Numbered from the stretch's first letter, positions 1 to 10,192 are shown. The stretch is 32,000 nt of DNA from an uncultured archaeon (GCA_964648855.1 CAZYLT010000001.1:210001-242000); one strand, 5' to 3'. Translations and numbers: made by a program. The notes: generated by a model from the letters alone, not told the origin.

Positions 1-15
1 ATTTCTCATCATTCT

Positions 16-1695
16 CTACAATATATCTGGAGCAGTATACTCCCCGAAGGCATCCCTAAGAACCCCACAAATCTCTCCAAGAGTGGCATAGGCACGAACT
101 GCCTCTAAAATATGTGGAAATAGATTGGCATCCGTTTTGGCCGCCTCTAATAAACGGTCCAGTTTCTCACGAACTAGTTTTTTGTTTCTATTCTCTTTCA
201 TCTCCGTAAGACGCTTTAGCTGGTGAGTTTCTATATCTGTGTCGACCCGAAGATAGTCGAAGTCTTGCTCTTCTTCCACCGTAAACTGATTCACTCCCAC
301 AATAATCCTATCGTCAGTATCTACGGCTTTTTGGAATTCATACGCGCTCTTGTGAATCTCTTTCTGGATGTAGCCATTTTGCGTTGCTTGGGCAGCTCCG
401 CCCATAGCATCAATTTCCTCCACATACTTCTGAGCCGCTTCTTCAATCTCGTTGGTAAGATGTTCGATGTAATAGGAACCTGCAAGCGGATCAATTGTAC
501 TGTCCACACCTGTTTCATAGGCAATTATTTGCTGTGTCCGTAAAGCAATCTGAACCGACTGCTCTGTAGGTAACGAGAGTGCCTCATCTCGGGAGTTGGT
601 GTGCAACGACTGAGTGCCTCCGAGTACTGCCTGAAGTGCTTGAAGAGTTACTCGAATGACATTGTTGTCCGGTTGCTGTGCAGTAAGGGTGCACCCTGCA
701 GTCTGAGTGTGAAATCTCATTCTGCAAGACCTGTCCTTTTTGGCACCAAATCGCTCTTTCATGATACGCGCCCAAAGTCGTCTTGCTGCTCTGAATTTGG
801 CTATTTCCTCAAAGAAATCACTGTGTGAACCGTAGAAAAATGATAACCGGGAAGCAAAGTCATCAACGTCGAGACCAGAATCGATTGCAGCCTGGACATA
901 TGCTATACCATTGGCAATAGTGAATGCCATTTCCTGAACAGCAGTGCATCCCGCCTCTCGCATATGGTAACCTGAGATTGAAATCGTGTTCCACCGAGGA
1001 ACATTTTCAGCACAGTACTTGAATACGTCTGTAATCAAACGCATGGATGGTTCGGGTGGAAAGATATAGGTCCCGCGAGCTGTGTATTCCTTCAGAATAT
1101 CATTTTGAATTGTTCCAGTAAGCTTTTCGGGGGGTATCCCTTGCTTCTCCGCGACTGCTATGTACATCGCAAGAAGAACGATAGCGGGGGCATTGATTGT
1201 CATGGAAGTACTGACTTTGTCTAGGGGAATAGAATCGAAGAGAATCTCCATATCAGCAAGAGAATCGATGGCGACTCCAACCTTTCCCACCTCACCCAGA
1301 GAGAGCTCGTGGTCTGAATCATATCCAATTTGAGTGGGCAGGTCAAATGCAACTGATAGACCAGTCTGTCCCTGTTCGAGAAGAAACTTGAAACGCTTGT
1401 TTGTTTCAGTGGCTGTGGCAAATCCGCTGTACTGTCGCATGGTCCAAAGACGACCACGGTACATAGTCGGTTGCACGCCTCTAGTGAATGGGAACGCTCC
1501 TGGAAACCCTAAGTCCTCTTTGTAATTCAACTCGGTAATATCCAGTGGAGTGTATAGGCGGTCAATTTCTTTTCCAGAGAGATTTCTAAATGCTTCTTTG
1601 CGCTCAGGATATTTGCTTATTGTTTTCTCAAGCGTATTTTTCTCCCAGTCGCCCTTAATCGATCGTATTTCTTCTAGGTCACCCATCAATCCCAC
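16..1695 (-). CDS. Methylmalonyl-CoA mutase large (substrate-binding) subunit, MCM-type
   Basis: Motifs [82 protein letters not shown]. Tyr89 (1429-1431) and Arg207 (1075-1077) are the MCM specificity residues. No C-terminal B12 domain. Start GTG 1695 or ATG 1686. Confidence 0.95.
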   Translation of the reverse strand: MGLMGDLEEIRSIKGDWEKNTLEKTISKYPERKEAFRNLSGKEIDRLYTPLDITELNYKEDLGFPGAFPFTRGVQPTMYRGRLWTMRQYSGFATATETNKRFKFLLEQGQTGLSVAFDLPTQIGYDSDHELSLGEVGKVGVAIDSLADMEILFDSIPLDKVSTSMTINAPAIVLLAMYIAVAEKQGIPPEKLTGTIQNDILKEYTARGTYIFPPEPSMRLITDVFKYCAENVPRWNTISISGYHMREAGCTAVQEMAFTIANGIAYVQAAIDSGLDVDDFASRLSFFYGSHSDFFEEIAKFRAARRLWARIMKERFGAKKDRSCRMRFHTQTAGCTLTAQQPDNNVIRVTLQALQAVLGGTQSLHTNSRDEALSLPTEQSVQIALRTQQIIAYETGVDSTIDPLAGSYYIEHLTNEIEEAAQKYVEEIDAMGGAAQATQNGYIQKEIHKSAYEFQKAVDTDDRIIVGVNQFTVEEEQDFDYLRVDTDIETHQLKRLTEMKENRNKKLVREKLDRLLEAAKTDANLFPHILEAVRAYATLGEICGVLRDAFGEYTAPDIL

Positions 1696-2669
1696 TACTC
1701 CCTATGCTTCACAAGGAATTTGGTAATCAGTCGTTCAGCCACTGTATATGGGTCTTCTGACCGCGATGCAATCTTTTTGATTGCATTTTCGTATTCTGGA
1801 CTACCACGGAGCTTGGTAAGCAGCTCCAATGTCAGCTTGTACTCCATCAGCTGCTCCAGTTCTTCTTGACTTCGCTTTAGTCCTTTGTCTGCCATTCTTC
1901 CGCTGGTCTTGAGATACTCAATGTGTTCTTCAATCTTATCAACAAGTTTAGGTACCCCCTCACCAGTCCTAGCATTTGTCAGAACTACAGGAGGACGCCA
2001 ATCGCCCATGTTTGGATCCGTATCCAGCATGGCGGTGATTTCAGTGACTTTCTTATCAGCACCAGCCAAGTCTGACTTGTTTACAGCAAAAATATCTGCA
2101 ATTTCCATGATTCCTGCCTTGATTGCTTGGATATCGTCTCCGCTCCCTGGAACATCAGCAACAATGACTGTATGCGCTATTTCCACTATTTCGACCTCGG
2201 ACTGACCGGCACCGACAGTTTCCACTATCACTATATCCTTGCCAAAAGCATCTAATGCACGGACCGCGTCAGATGTTGCTCTTGCAATCCCACCGAGATG
2301 TCCTCTGGTGCCCATACTGCGAACATATACATCATCATCAAGATAGTGCTCTTGCATCCTGATTCTATCGCCAAGAAGGGCTCCTCCTGAAAAGGGGCTT
2401 GATGGGTCTACACAGATGATTCCAATGGCCTTCTCTCGCTGACGATACTCTGCAGTTATCTTTGCCACAAGAGTACTTTTCCCCGAACCAGGAGGGCCAG
2501 TAACTCCAATAATGTGTGCGCTTCCAGTATGCTTGTATAGCACACTCAAAACATCAATTGCAACGGGGTCTTCATCTTCAATCAAGGAAATCAAACGTGC
2601 AAGGTCTCTTCTTCGTCCCTCAAGCACACCTTCGGCAAGTCGCTCAGCTAGCAAAACTGTCTTCCTCAT
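1695..2669 (-). CDS. meaB: Mutase-associated G3E GTPase/metallochaperone MeaB (ArgK family)
   Basis: P-loop [47 protein letters not shown] 2669, just after the small-subunit stop, is preferred over the overlapping TTG 2711. Confidence 0.95.
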   Translation of the reverse strand: MRKTVLLAERLAEGVLEGRRRDLARLISLIEDEDPVAIDVLSVLYKHTGSAHIIGVTGPPGSGKSTLVAKITAEYRQREKAIGIICVDPSSPFSGGALLGDRIRMQEHYLDDDVYVRSMGTRGHLGGIARATSDAVRALDAFGKDIVIVETVGAGQSEVEIVEIAHTVIVADVPGSGDDIQAIKAGIMEIADIFAVNKSDLAGADKKVTEITAMLDTDPNMGDWRPPVVLTNARTGEGVPKLVDKIEEHIEYLKTSGRMADKGLKRSQEELEQLMEYKLTLELLTKLRGSPEYENAIKKIASRSEDPYTVAERLITKFLVKHRE

Positions 2670-2676
2670 TCGAGAT

Positions 2677-3084
2677 TCATTTCTCAACGTTTTCTTGGAC
2701 ATATTTGACAATCCTGTCTAGCTGGGTACCAGGTCCAAAGACCTCTGAAATTCCATGTTCTTTAAGGAACGGAATATCATCTTCAGGGATAATGCCCCCA
2801 GCAACAATAAGTACACCATCTATGCCTTCGTTTTCAAGAAGCTCAGTGATTTTTGGAAAGAGAGCGTTATGTGCTCCACTGAGAATTGATAGCCCAATCA
2901 CGTCAACAGCCTCATCAACGGCAGCACGAACAATCATTTCCGGCGTTTGCCTGAGCCCCGTATAGATGACCTCCATTCCAGCATCGCGCAATGCTCGTGC
3001 AACCACTTTGGCGCCACGATCATGACCATCAAGACCGGGTTTAGCTACTAGTACACGTATTTTCTTAGACGAACTCAAGGACAC
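2677..3084 (-). CDS. Acyl-CoA mutase small subunit, cobalamin-binding domain
   Basis: [10 protein letters not shown] (DxHxxG base-off/His-on motif), [20 protein letters not shown]. Confidence 0.95.
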   Translation of the reverse strand: MSLSSSKKIRVLVAKPGLDGHDRGAKVVARALRDAGMEVIYTGLRQTPEMIVRAAVDEAVDVIGLSILSGAHNALFPKITELLENEGIDGVLIVAGGIIPEDDIPFLKEHGISEVFGPGTQLDRIVKYVQENVEK

Positions 3085-3117
3085 ACCTCAGGGTCTTCTT
3101 CGTTGCGTCGAATCTCT

Positions 3118-3144
3118 CCAGAGCGATATAAAGCCTTTCTCTGG
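3118..3144 (-). promoter_or_regulatory. TATA-like box of the mutase operon bracketed by inverted repeat CCAGAG-N15-CTCTGG
   Basis: TTTATATC on the minus strand about 45 nt upstream of the small-subunit start; repeat arms at 3118-3123 and 3139-3144. Confidence 0.45.
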
Positions 3145-3152
3145 CAACGCGG

Positions 3153-4142
3153 CTACTCCTCGATTATATGCACCATGTTTTCGCGCCCATCTCGGAACCT
3201 TCTAACAAGGCCACGTTCTTCAAGATTATTCAGAACGATACTTACCTTTGCCTGTGAGAAATCTAGCTCTGTATAGAGGTCTTTCTGCGGACACGACCCA
3301 CCCTTCCTGCGGATGATCTCAAGAACATCTTCTTCTTCATTAGTAATGCCAACAATCCGAGTTGAGCCAAGCTCTCGGACCATCTTGATGATTCTCGGCC
3401 CAGCAGATGTAATTATAACTCCTATAGCCAAGCCAATCAAGCCAACAATGAGAAATTCAGCAAGCAGAAACCTAGATTGGCTTTCTGGAGCCATGGGAAT
3501 CTGATATTTTATAATAAATGCTTGTTCCTGGCCGGGAAAAATGATTTCAGAAGCCCAAGTGAACCCCAAAGATTGCCCGTCTGTGAAGTTTGTTGATTCC
3601 CTTGGGAAAAGAGGAACAGTAGATTCCTCGGATAACGTGGCATAGATGGGCAAGACTGCAGTCATTGAGAAGTTTCTGTAAGTGGTCGCAGGCCGAACAT
3701 AATAGATGAAATCCTGATACTCGAACTCACCAGACGCTGACACACCAGAATTTGATTGAAGGTCATATATAGTCAAAGATGCCTCTAAGAGAACAAATTC
3801 CCCAGGGGCAAGTCCATTTTGCAGATCAATGTTAAGATTGACATAACGATCTCTGGGAACAAGAGTTGCGGTTGTCGCTGACCCGTTGGTTTTTGCCGTA
3901 GGTACTCCAAGGTCTTGTGAATCTATCCGGATGGTTATACTATTTACTGATGACGTCCCAGTGTTGTTTGCATAACCCATTATGTGATAATTTGATGTTG
4001 TGTTTTGATACATATGGATGGTGATTGTAATTGTATCAATGATAATTCCATCATCTTGTGAGGGAACTGGAGCAGCATTACCAAACAATGATAATGAAGT
4101 TACAAAGAGGAATGCAAGAATGATTACTGCTCCGTTTCTCAT
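3153..4142 (-). CDS. Membrane-tethered winged-helix regulator (COG2512-like): signal peptide, extracellular beta-rich domain, one TM helix, C-terminal wHTH
   Basis: Hydrophobic N-terminus; TM FLLAEFLIVGLIGLAIGVIITSAG; C-terminal ITNEEEDVLEIIRRKGGSCPQKDLYTELDFSQAKVSIVLNNLEERGLVRRFRDGRENMV. Confidence 0.8.
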   Translation of the reverse strand: MRNGAVIILAFLFVTSLSLFGNAAPVPSQDDGIIIDTITITIHMYQNTTSNYHIMGYANNTGTSSVNSITIRIDSQDLGVPTAKTNGSATTATLVPRDRYVNLNIDLQNGLAPGEFVLLEASLTIYDLQSNSGVSASGEFEYQDFIYYVRPATTYRNFSMTAVLPIYATLSEESTVPLFPRESTNFTDGQSLGFTWASEIIFPGQEQAFIIKYQIPMAPESQSRFLLAEFLIVGLIGLAIGVIITSAGPRIIKMVRELGSTRIVGITNEEEDVLEIIRRKGGSCPQKDLYTELDFSQAKVSIVLNNLEERGLVRRFRDGRENMVHIIEE

Positions 4143-4247
4143 GGGATCACCTGCATCGACTGGAACCTTCTTGATACTACACTACAGTTCTGTGAGGAAT
4201 CACCTGCAAAAAAGGGTTTGTAGGCTGTGAAGCCTTCTACTCACAAC

Positions 4248-5408
4248 CTAACGTTTCTTCTGAATGATTGCCACAATCACAACTGCTACAATCACAATCA
4301 CTGCGACTGATATCAGTGCATAGTCAACAACTGGACTAACGGGTGATTGTCCCTCTATCACGCCTATCGAAGGATCATGTATTAGTGATCCACCATTGAA
4401 GTTCGGATAAGAGAGGTACAACGCAAGACCCTCACCCGTTGCAACATATGATGCGGTAACGTTGACAGCCTGAGTGTCATCATTAGGCAGGGTGACTAAC
4501 GCTGTGTCAAGCCAAGTAAAGAATCCAGATGGTTCCCCCGATTCTTGGTTTAAGAAATCAACTCTTTCGATATGTGTTTCATTACGCTGTTGAAATCTTG
4601 TTTCATTACCTTGGGGTGTTGTCCAATCAGAGTTACTGCTACCTGTAATGTTTCGCATTTGCTCTCGAGTTCTAAATCGATATTGATTTCTATATTGTTC
4701 CCCCTCTGCGATGTCCTCCCTCAATATGACTTGGAGGGCAACTTTGCTTTCTTCACTACTGAAGGGAAAATTGCCAATTTCAATATCTATCTTCAGTTCA
4801 GATTCCCCTTGAACGAGGTATTGGGCTCTGACTCCTTGGTCATCAGATACGTTACCTGTGTAGTCATTCAGATAAATATGGGCCCAAAACTGAAGAGTCA
4901 CGTCTTCGAAGCGGTTCGCATTTGGATTGCCAGGTCCAGGCATAGGAGAATCTACTGGCATTCCCCCACTCATTCTTGAACCGCCCTTTGTGTATTTTAG
5001 CCAAATCTCGTTAATAGTACCATCATCATCCTCTACTGTGCCAGTTGTTAGAGTCCATTCATATGCGGCAAGAGGGGCATAGTATAGAGATTCATTTGCT
5101 TGAAACACTCCATCATCATTGTAATCTTCGTATTCTATTAGAGACATAAAGCTGGCAAGAAACTTCGCAACGGTCCCATTTTCGTCAGAGCTATACCAAT
5201 AGTGCATCATGGGAATTTCGTTTACAGCTCTAATACTCATGATATTAGTGCGGATAAACACTGCACCATCATCTTCTCTTCTGGGAGATTCTATGTATCC
5301 TGGTCCCCCTCCAGAGCCCGGCCCTTGAGCCGACACCGAAGCAGTGATGGGTACCGATATCATCACTAGAGTAAGGATTACAGCTATTGCCTTTCGTAGT
5401 ATCTGCAA
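4248..5408 (-). CDS. Secreted, C-terminally membrane-anchored protein of unknown function
   Basis: Signal peptide (RKAIAVILTLVMISVPITASVSA), Gly/Pro-rich linkers, several N-x-S/T sequons, C-terminal TM followed by QKKR; GGTGA RBS before the TTG start. Confidence 0.8.
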   Translation of the reverse strand: MQILRKAIAVILTLVMISVPITASVSAQGPGSGGGPGYIESPRREDDGAVFIRTNIMSIRAVNEIPMMHYWYSSDENGTVAKFLASFMSLIEYEDYNDDGVFQANESLYYAPLAAYEWTLTTGTVEDDDGTINEIWLKYTKGGSRMSGGMPVDSPMPGPGNPNANRFEDVTLQFWAHIYLNDYTGNVSDDQGVRAQYLVQGESELKIDIEIGNFPFSSEESKVALQVILREDIAEGEQYRNQYRFRTREQMRNITGSSNSDWTTPQGNETRFQQRNETHIERVDFLNQESGEPSGFFTWLDTALVTLPNDDTQAVNVTASYVATGEGLALYLSYPNFNGGSLIHDPSIGVIEGQSPVSPVVDYALISVAVIVIVAVVIVAIIQKKR

Positions 5409-5421
5409 GATTCTTCACCAA

Positions 5422-5448
5422 CCTTGAACTATCAAGGCATATTTATAA
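5422..5448 (-). promoter_or_regulatory. TATA box plus palindrome CCTTGA-N4-TCAAGG upstream of the 4248..5408 gene
   Basis: TTATAAAT on the minus strand at about 5441-5448; perfect 6-4-6 palindrome at 5422-5437 between the TATA box and the RBS. Confidence 0.5.
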
Positions 5449-5644
5449 TGTCTATTTAATACCATAAGATAGAATGTACCTGTAGAAAGCCTATAAGTCC
5501 CAATTATTCCATTTGACGCTTTATAGATTCTTTAAAATATTGTCGAAGTGAAGACATGTGTTCCCTCAAAGATGGACGCGTATTAGAGAACCCCTCAAAG
5601 TTATTAATAACAAAGAGTAATGAAGAATAGAAGTGGTGCATAAG

Positions 5645-5917
5645 ATGGCAGCAACTCCAAATGAATATACTGAATATGATTGGTTCGGACAGGCAAGAAT
5701 CCGAGAAACTGATGATGATCTTGAGGGTGCAATCGAGGCTTATGACGAAGCAATAAAGCTGAATCCAAAATTCGCCAAGGCGCACTACTATAAGGCACTC
5801 GCTCACTACCAACTTGGTCAAATGGACAAGGCCAAAGAAGCGGCGGAAGTTGCACTAGAGCTAAAACCCGGTTGGAAAGAGCACATTACCGAAAATATGC
5901 CAGAATTAGGATTTTGA
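5645..5917 (+). CDS. Small tetratricopeptide-repeat protein
   Basis: GAIEAYDEAIKLNPKFAKAHYYKALAHYQLGQMDKAKEAAEVALELKP, about 2 TPRs. ATG 5645 preferred; palindromic TATA GTTATTAATAAC at 5600-5611. Confidence 0.85.
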   Translation: MAATPNEYTEYDWFGQARIRETDDDLEGAIEAYDEAIKLNPKFAKAHYYKALAHYQLGQMDKAKEAAEVALELKPGWKEHITENMPELGF

Positions 5918-5924
5918 CACAATC

Positions 5925-6386
5925 TCATACAAGAGCGGCACTCGAGTCTGGAAAAAGCAAGACGAAAACAGCCTGATTGAGTGTTAGAATATTGTGATCT
6001 ACCCACTCCATCACCATTTTTACGTTTTCTTCAGAAGATATACGGCCAAGTATGTCCAGTATGGTATCACGAGTTTCTGGCAGTCTAAGAAGTTCTTCAA
6101 TGGTCCTGACGATAATGGTTTGACGAGCATCTGGACTTGTCTTTGTTAGCCAGTAGAGAACATTATCGCGGGCTTCTTCATCAATTGAAGCATCGGTTGC
6201 CACTCGCTCTAAAGCTACTTCAATCTCTGCGGCATCCTCACTCTTCTGCAAGTCTTTCAATTCATTCTGAATTATGGCAACAACAGCCTCAGTATTTTCC
6301 GGGCTTGTTCTAATCATTTCAACCAAGTCAGAACGTGCGCGTATAGGACTATTGATGTCATTTTCTTTGTTCAAGACGGAACTCAT
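5925..6386 (-). CDS. Hypothetical acidic alpha-helical protein
   Basis: 153-aa ATG-started ORF filling the gap, amphipathic helical pattern; no motif recognised. Confidence 0.7.
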   Translation of the reverse strand: MSSVLNKENDINSPIRARSDLVEMIRTSPENTEAVVAIIQNELKDLQKSEDAAEIEVALERVATDASIDEEARDNVLYWLTKTSPDARQTIIVRTIEELLRLPETRDTILDILGRISSEENVKMVMEWVDHNILTLNQAVFVLLFPDSSAALV

Positions 6387-6463
6387 CCTACGTATTATAC
6401 GTAATGAAAAGGAGGCGAATGTCTAATAATAGTTATTCGTCAGTACCAAAAATGTTCCACAAC

Positions 6464-7207
6464 CTATATGAAATCCTTCAACATGCTAATTTCATAGATT
6501 ATCAAATCTGGCTTGTATCCGGACCCATATTCCAAGAGTAACTCGTCCAACTTCTTCTCACGGGTGTTTATCCATACAGCTGTCATACCTACATTTTTCG
6601 CCCCCACAATATCAGCATAGAACTCATCGCCAATGAAGACTGACTCCTCAGATGTAGCATCTAATTCATCCAAAGCCAGTTGGAATGGTTTCTTCATGGG
6701 TTTGTAGGCATTCACATCTCCCCCATCTACCACAGAATCGAAATAATCTGAAATTCCAAGCTTCTCAAGAATTTGATGCGAATGACCCTCGAAGCTGTTC
6801 GTTACTATGCCCAATTTTGTGCCGAGGTTTCTTAGCTCTTCTAGGAGACCTTTCACTCCATCATTCAGCGTGGACATCTCTACGTGAAGTCGCTTGAAGT
6901 AGTCTGTACCTTCATCCAAGATACTTGGATCTGCATCAGCACAGACATGCTGCAAGCTCTTTCTGATTGCGGCCCGTACAATTTGGTATGGAGGCTGATA
7001 TTCAGCCCCTTTCACTATCGAATCGACTCCGAGAAAATAATTATCCACCAGAACCCTCAGATACTCTTCTCTTACTTCATGAACGTTATCTGCACATCGC
7101 TCTAAGACCCAAGTTGTAGCTCTGGCGGGATACATGTGTGTATCTGTGAGTGTGGAGTCAAGGTCAAATAGAATGGCCCTAAAATTCCTGAGCTGAAAGC
7201 GAGTCAC
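6464..7207 (-). CDS. HAD-superfamily hydrolase (subfamily IA)
   Basis: AILFDLDSTL (motif I), GIVTNS (II), YKP (III), FIGDEFYADIVGAKNVGM (IV). GTG 7207 with GGAG upstream avoids a 107-nt overlap with the CoA transferase. Confidence 0.88.
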   Translation of the reverse strand: MTRFQLRNFRAILFDLDSTLTDTHMYPARATTWVLERCADNVHEVREEYLRVLVDNYFLGVDSIVKGAEYQPPYQIVRAAIRKSLQHVCADADPSILDEGTDYFKRLHVEMSTLNDGVKGLLEELRNLGTKLGIVTNSFEGHSHQILEKLGISDYFDSVVDGGDVNAYKPMKKPFQLALDELDATSEESVFIGDEFYADIVGAKNVGMTAVWINTREKKLDELLLEYGSGYKPDLIIYEISMLKDFI

Positions 7208-7223
7208 TGATATGATTTCTCCG

Positions 7224-7997
7224 TCATCGGCCACCCTTGCCGAGATAAATCCCGTTCGGGTCCAAAATATGCATGATATCAATCTGATCCTGAGATGGTT
7301 CCTTGGTCGTTGGAACATTATCAGGTACAATCAGATCGAACATCACATTGTCGAGGACATCGTCTATCTTGTAACCCGGATGCACAGTCATCAGCCGAAT
7401 CTTCTTAGTTTCCGGGTGGAAATCAAATTGACACATATCAGTAATGACTACTTCTGGTCCTCCACCAACGAGAGATAGTTTCTCACGAGATCCGGGCCCC
7501 TCAAGATAACCAGGACTTGTCATATAGTCGAGTTTCTTGACGAATTTCCTCTTATTATGCGTCATCATGATGATGAGTCTCTTGGCAGATGATGCAATAT
7601 CATTCCCACCACCGCTGCCAGGCAGACGTACCTTCGGATTGTCATGTGGACCAATATACGAGGTGTTAAGATTGCCATATTCGTCAATCTGTGCGGCTCC
7701 CAAGAATCCTACATCAATACGTCCTCGCTGAAGAATAAAGCCAAGAGTCTCAATAAGACCGATGGATGCTGAACATCCATAGTAATATCTCGTGTCCGCA
7801 ACCGATAGCGGCACATTTCTTGGCCTAGCGTCGATAAAGCCAGCCTCCGAGATGAGATTCATTTTAGGGGCATGAGTTTCTTTGGCGAGCAATGCAGCAA
7901 GTAAAGGCATTCCTGTTCCGCCGAATACGTTCTCTCCGTCTTTGACATGACGTGAAGCACATGCTATCAGGAATTCTGTTTTTGAGTATTCTACCAT
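7224..7997 (-). CDS. Family I CoA-transferase subunit B (glutaconate CoA-transferase GctB-like)
   Basis: VFGGTGMP, catalytic Glu in LISEAG, DVGFLGAAQIDEYGNLNTS, RLPGSGGGNDIAS. Confidence 0.9.
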   Translation of the reverse strand: MVEYSKTEFLIACASRHVKDGENVFGGTGMPLLAALLAKETHAPKMNLISEAGFIDARPRNVPLSVADTRYYYGCSASIGLIETLGFILQRGRIDVGFLGAAQIDEYGNLNTSYIGPHDNPKVRLPGSGGGNDIASSAKRLIIMMTHNKRKFVKKLDYMTSPGYLEGPGSREKLSLVGGGPEVVITDMCQFDFHPETKKIRLMTVHPGYKIDDVLDNVMFDLIVPDNVPTTKEPSQDQIDIMHILDPNGIYLGKGGR

Positions 7998-8007
7998 TCA
8001 TATCACC

Positions 8008-8931
8008 TCAGTATCCAAACGGCCTTTTCGCTTTCAATTTCAGTAACTTGCCCCATCCAATCAGGTTGAGGTAGGTCTGGTGGTCCTCAACACCGAGGAT
8101 ATAGTTGTCCACGTATTCCTGCCAGCCTTCTTCTGTGCGTGTTGTTTTGTGGAAGAGCATCAGATGCTCGAGGTCATAATCATAGTAACCATGACATTGC
8201 ATTGGATGAGCTGCATATGGTGTCATTACTACATAATCAACGTACATTGCAGGAATCTTCGTCTGATCCGGCTGGTTTCGAATTTCAGTATTATCTACTA
8301 ATTCCTCAGCTAACACGATGAGTTTCTTCCCACATCGTGAGCCTTCCACATCCTCTCCAATTATGCCATCTATCTGTGCGTTACCGCTTTTGTCGACTCG
8401 CTGAGCATGAATGATACTGAAATCCGGTTGCACGCTCGGTACAAGACAGATTTTTTCACCAGAGAACGGGTCGTCAATTACTTTCAACTTCTTGTTCCCA
8501 AGGTATCGTGACAACCCTTCCATATCCGTTCCCATGAGACTCCGAATAGGCATGAAGGGGACATTCAATGCCCCGCCCAGAAATCTCATTGCCATAGCCA
8601 AGTTGCTATAGTCTTCGATTTCAACTGCACCTTCTTCAACCCGCCGACGCATATTATATGCCAGCCCCAAAGCTTCAATGGCCACAAAAGCAATCTCAAA
8701 CCGGGTCGCAACTCCAGCGCCTGCCATGATTTCCAAGTCGATTTCGGAACCGCAAGTGTATATTGTAAGATTTCGTTTCTTCTGGCGTACAAGCTCTTGA
8801 GCAAAAGCTATCGGAGGTCTTTGATATCCGAATCCTCCCCAGAAAAGTCCTGCACCATCATGGACTTTTTTTGCAGCCTCAGCCAATGTGATGCGTTTGT
8901 CTTCGATTTCAGCCTCAGTCACACGATTCAC
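8008..8931 (-). CDS. Family I CoA-transferase subunit A (GctA-like)
   Basis: GGFGYQRPP, EDYSNLAMAMRFLGGALNVPFMP, IHAQRVDKSGNAQI, PYAAHP...YYDYD; adjacent to subunit B. Confidence 0.9.
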   Translation of the reverse strand: MNRVTEAEIEDKRITLAEAAKKVHDGAGLFWGGFGYQRPPIAFAQELVRQKKRNLTIYTCGSEIDLEIMAGAGVATRFEIAFVAIEALGLAYNMRRRVEEGAVEIEDYSNLAMAMRFLGGALNVPFMPIRSLMGTDMEGLSRYLGNKKLKVIDDPFSGEKICLVPSVQPDFSIIHAQRVDKSGNAQIDGIIGEDVEGSRCGKKLIVLAEELVDNTEIRNQPDQTKIPAMYVDYVVMTPYAAHPMQCHGYYDYDLEHLMLFHKTTRTEEGWQEYVDNYILGVEDHQTYLNLIGWGKLLKLKAKRPFGY

Positions 8932-9043
8932 CTAGCCAGACAAACTGGCTGTGATTTTTCTCGTCATAAGGAGGCCCGCCTTTTATAATCTGCCTATCAC
9001 TATTGCATGAGGGCGTCTATGATAACGCTGCGTTCATTAGGAG

Positions 9044-9388
9044 CTAAAAGAGGATTCTAAAGAAGAGAGATATCAAAAAGCCCGCAAGATTCAAGAAGAG
9101 AATCAATACGCATATGCCACAACAGCATCTTCCGCAACTAGATGAATCTCCAGAATCTTCGTCAAAGAATTCATCTCTATCACGATCTCTTCTGACTGGT
9201 ATCTCGCGGGCAATTGGTCTACTCATGCGCTGTTCTTCTTGTGGCAAGGAGAAAGCTCCAAAGCCTGGAAGGTATTCGAAGGCCCCACCGCAATGGGGGC
9301 AGCTAATTCTAACCTTTTTATCGTACTGCATACCACGATCTAGGCTTACAGAAGAGCCACAATAAGGACAGGTTGGAATCTCACTCAT
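9044..9388 (-). CDS. Zinc-ribbon protein with Cys-rich C-terminal membrane anchor
   Basis: CPYCG...CPHCG; charged linker; CGRCCCGIC directly followed by a hydrophobic terminal helix. Confidence 0.75.
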   Translation of the reverse strand: MSEIPTCPYCGSSVSLDRGMQYDKKVRISCPHCGGAFEYLPGFGAFSLPQEEQRMSRPIAREIPVRRDRDRDEFFDEDSGDSSSCGRCCCGICVLILFLNLAGFLISLFFRILF

Positions 9389-9535
9389 TGCAATCAATCC
9401 ATCGAACTATGCAGTGATGTACGATTGATTGTGACACTATGTCATTAATAGGCTTATGTCTGGCATCCAGGGTCATAGGCTTCTTATCTGAGAAAGCACA
9501 AACAGAAATAAGGACCTGTGGATTCTGCATTGGAT

Positions 9536-10192
9536 ATGAAGCTTGCAGAGATCCCAAAGTCAAATTTGAGAGGATTCATCGCGCCTTTGGTTGCGCTTGT
9601 AGCAATTGCGCTTAGCATTGCCATATCACCTGGATTTTCGTGGCTTGAAAATGCACTAAGCGATTTAGGTCATTACACCAGAACCGACCTTGGAGATTTC
9701 CAGTTGGTAAGCGCCATCATATTCAATACAGGCCTGATTGTTACGGGTATATTGGAATTATCCTACGTGGTGCCGCTAATCAGGAAGCTGAGTGATATTG
9801 TCAACAAGATTGGCTTTGGTGTTTTCGTAATATCGGCGCTTTTCCTAGTTATGATTGGCGTATTCTCTGAAAACTTCTCACCAACGCATTTTTTGGTATC
9901 CGTGGGATTCTTCGCAACCTTTCCTTTTGCGATGTGGATTGTTGGTTTTGGGCTGCTTCGATATAGAGATTTGTGGTGGTTTGCAATTGTATCAATAGCG
10001 CTCCCTTTTTTGTCAATCTACATCTGGTGGGGCACATATGCAGGAATAATGCCATGGTCCGGAGTGGCACTTCCTGAGATTATTACTGCCATGTCAGCAA
10101 TTTGCTGGATTTGGATAATCAACTGGCTGCAATACAAAAACAAGCTCCAACCGGAGAACACCGGAATAGAGACCCTTCAATATAGGAAGTAA
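9536..10192 (+). CDS. DUF998-family multi-pass membrane protein
   Basis: ISPGFSWLENALSDLG, IFNTGLI, IGVFSE...HFLVS, PE in the last helix; about 6 TM helices. Confidence 0.8.
   Translation: MKLAEIPKSNLRGFIAPLVALVAIALSIAISPGFSWLENALSDLGHYTRTDLGDFQLVSAIIFNTGLIVTGILELSYVVPLIRKLSDIVNKIGFGVFVISALFLVMIGVFSENFSPTHFLVSVGFFATFPFAMWIVGFGLLRYRDLWWFAIVSIALPFLSIYIWWGTYAGIMPWSGVALPEIITAMSAICWIWIINWLQYKNKLQPENTGIETLQYRK

Noticed and set aside
2677-3084. B12-binding protein as a CarH-like photoreceptor for the crt genes
   Set aside because: No DNA-binding or four-helix cap domain; it is a typical mutase small subunit in a meaB-mutase operon.
7208-7330. N-terminal extension of the HAD ORF overlapping the CoA transferase
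   Set aside because: Longest-ORF artefact; GTG 7207 has an RBS and precedes motif I.
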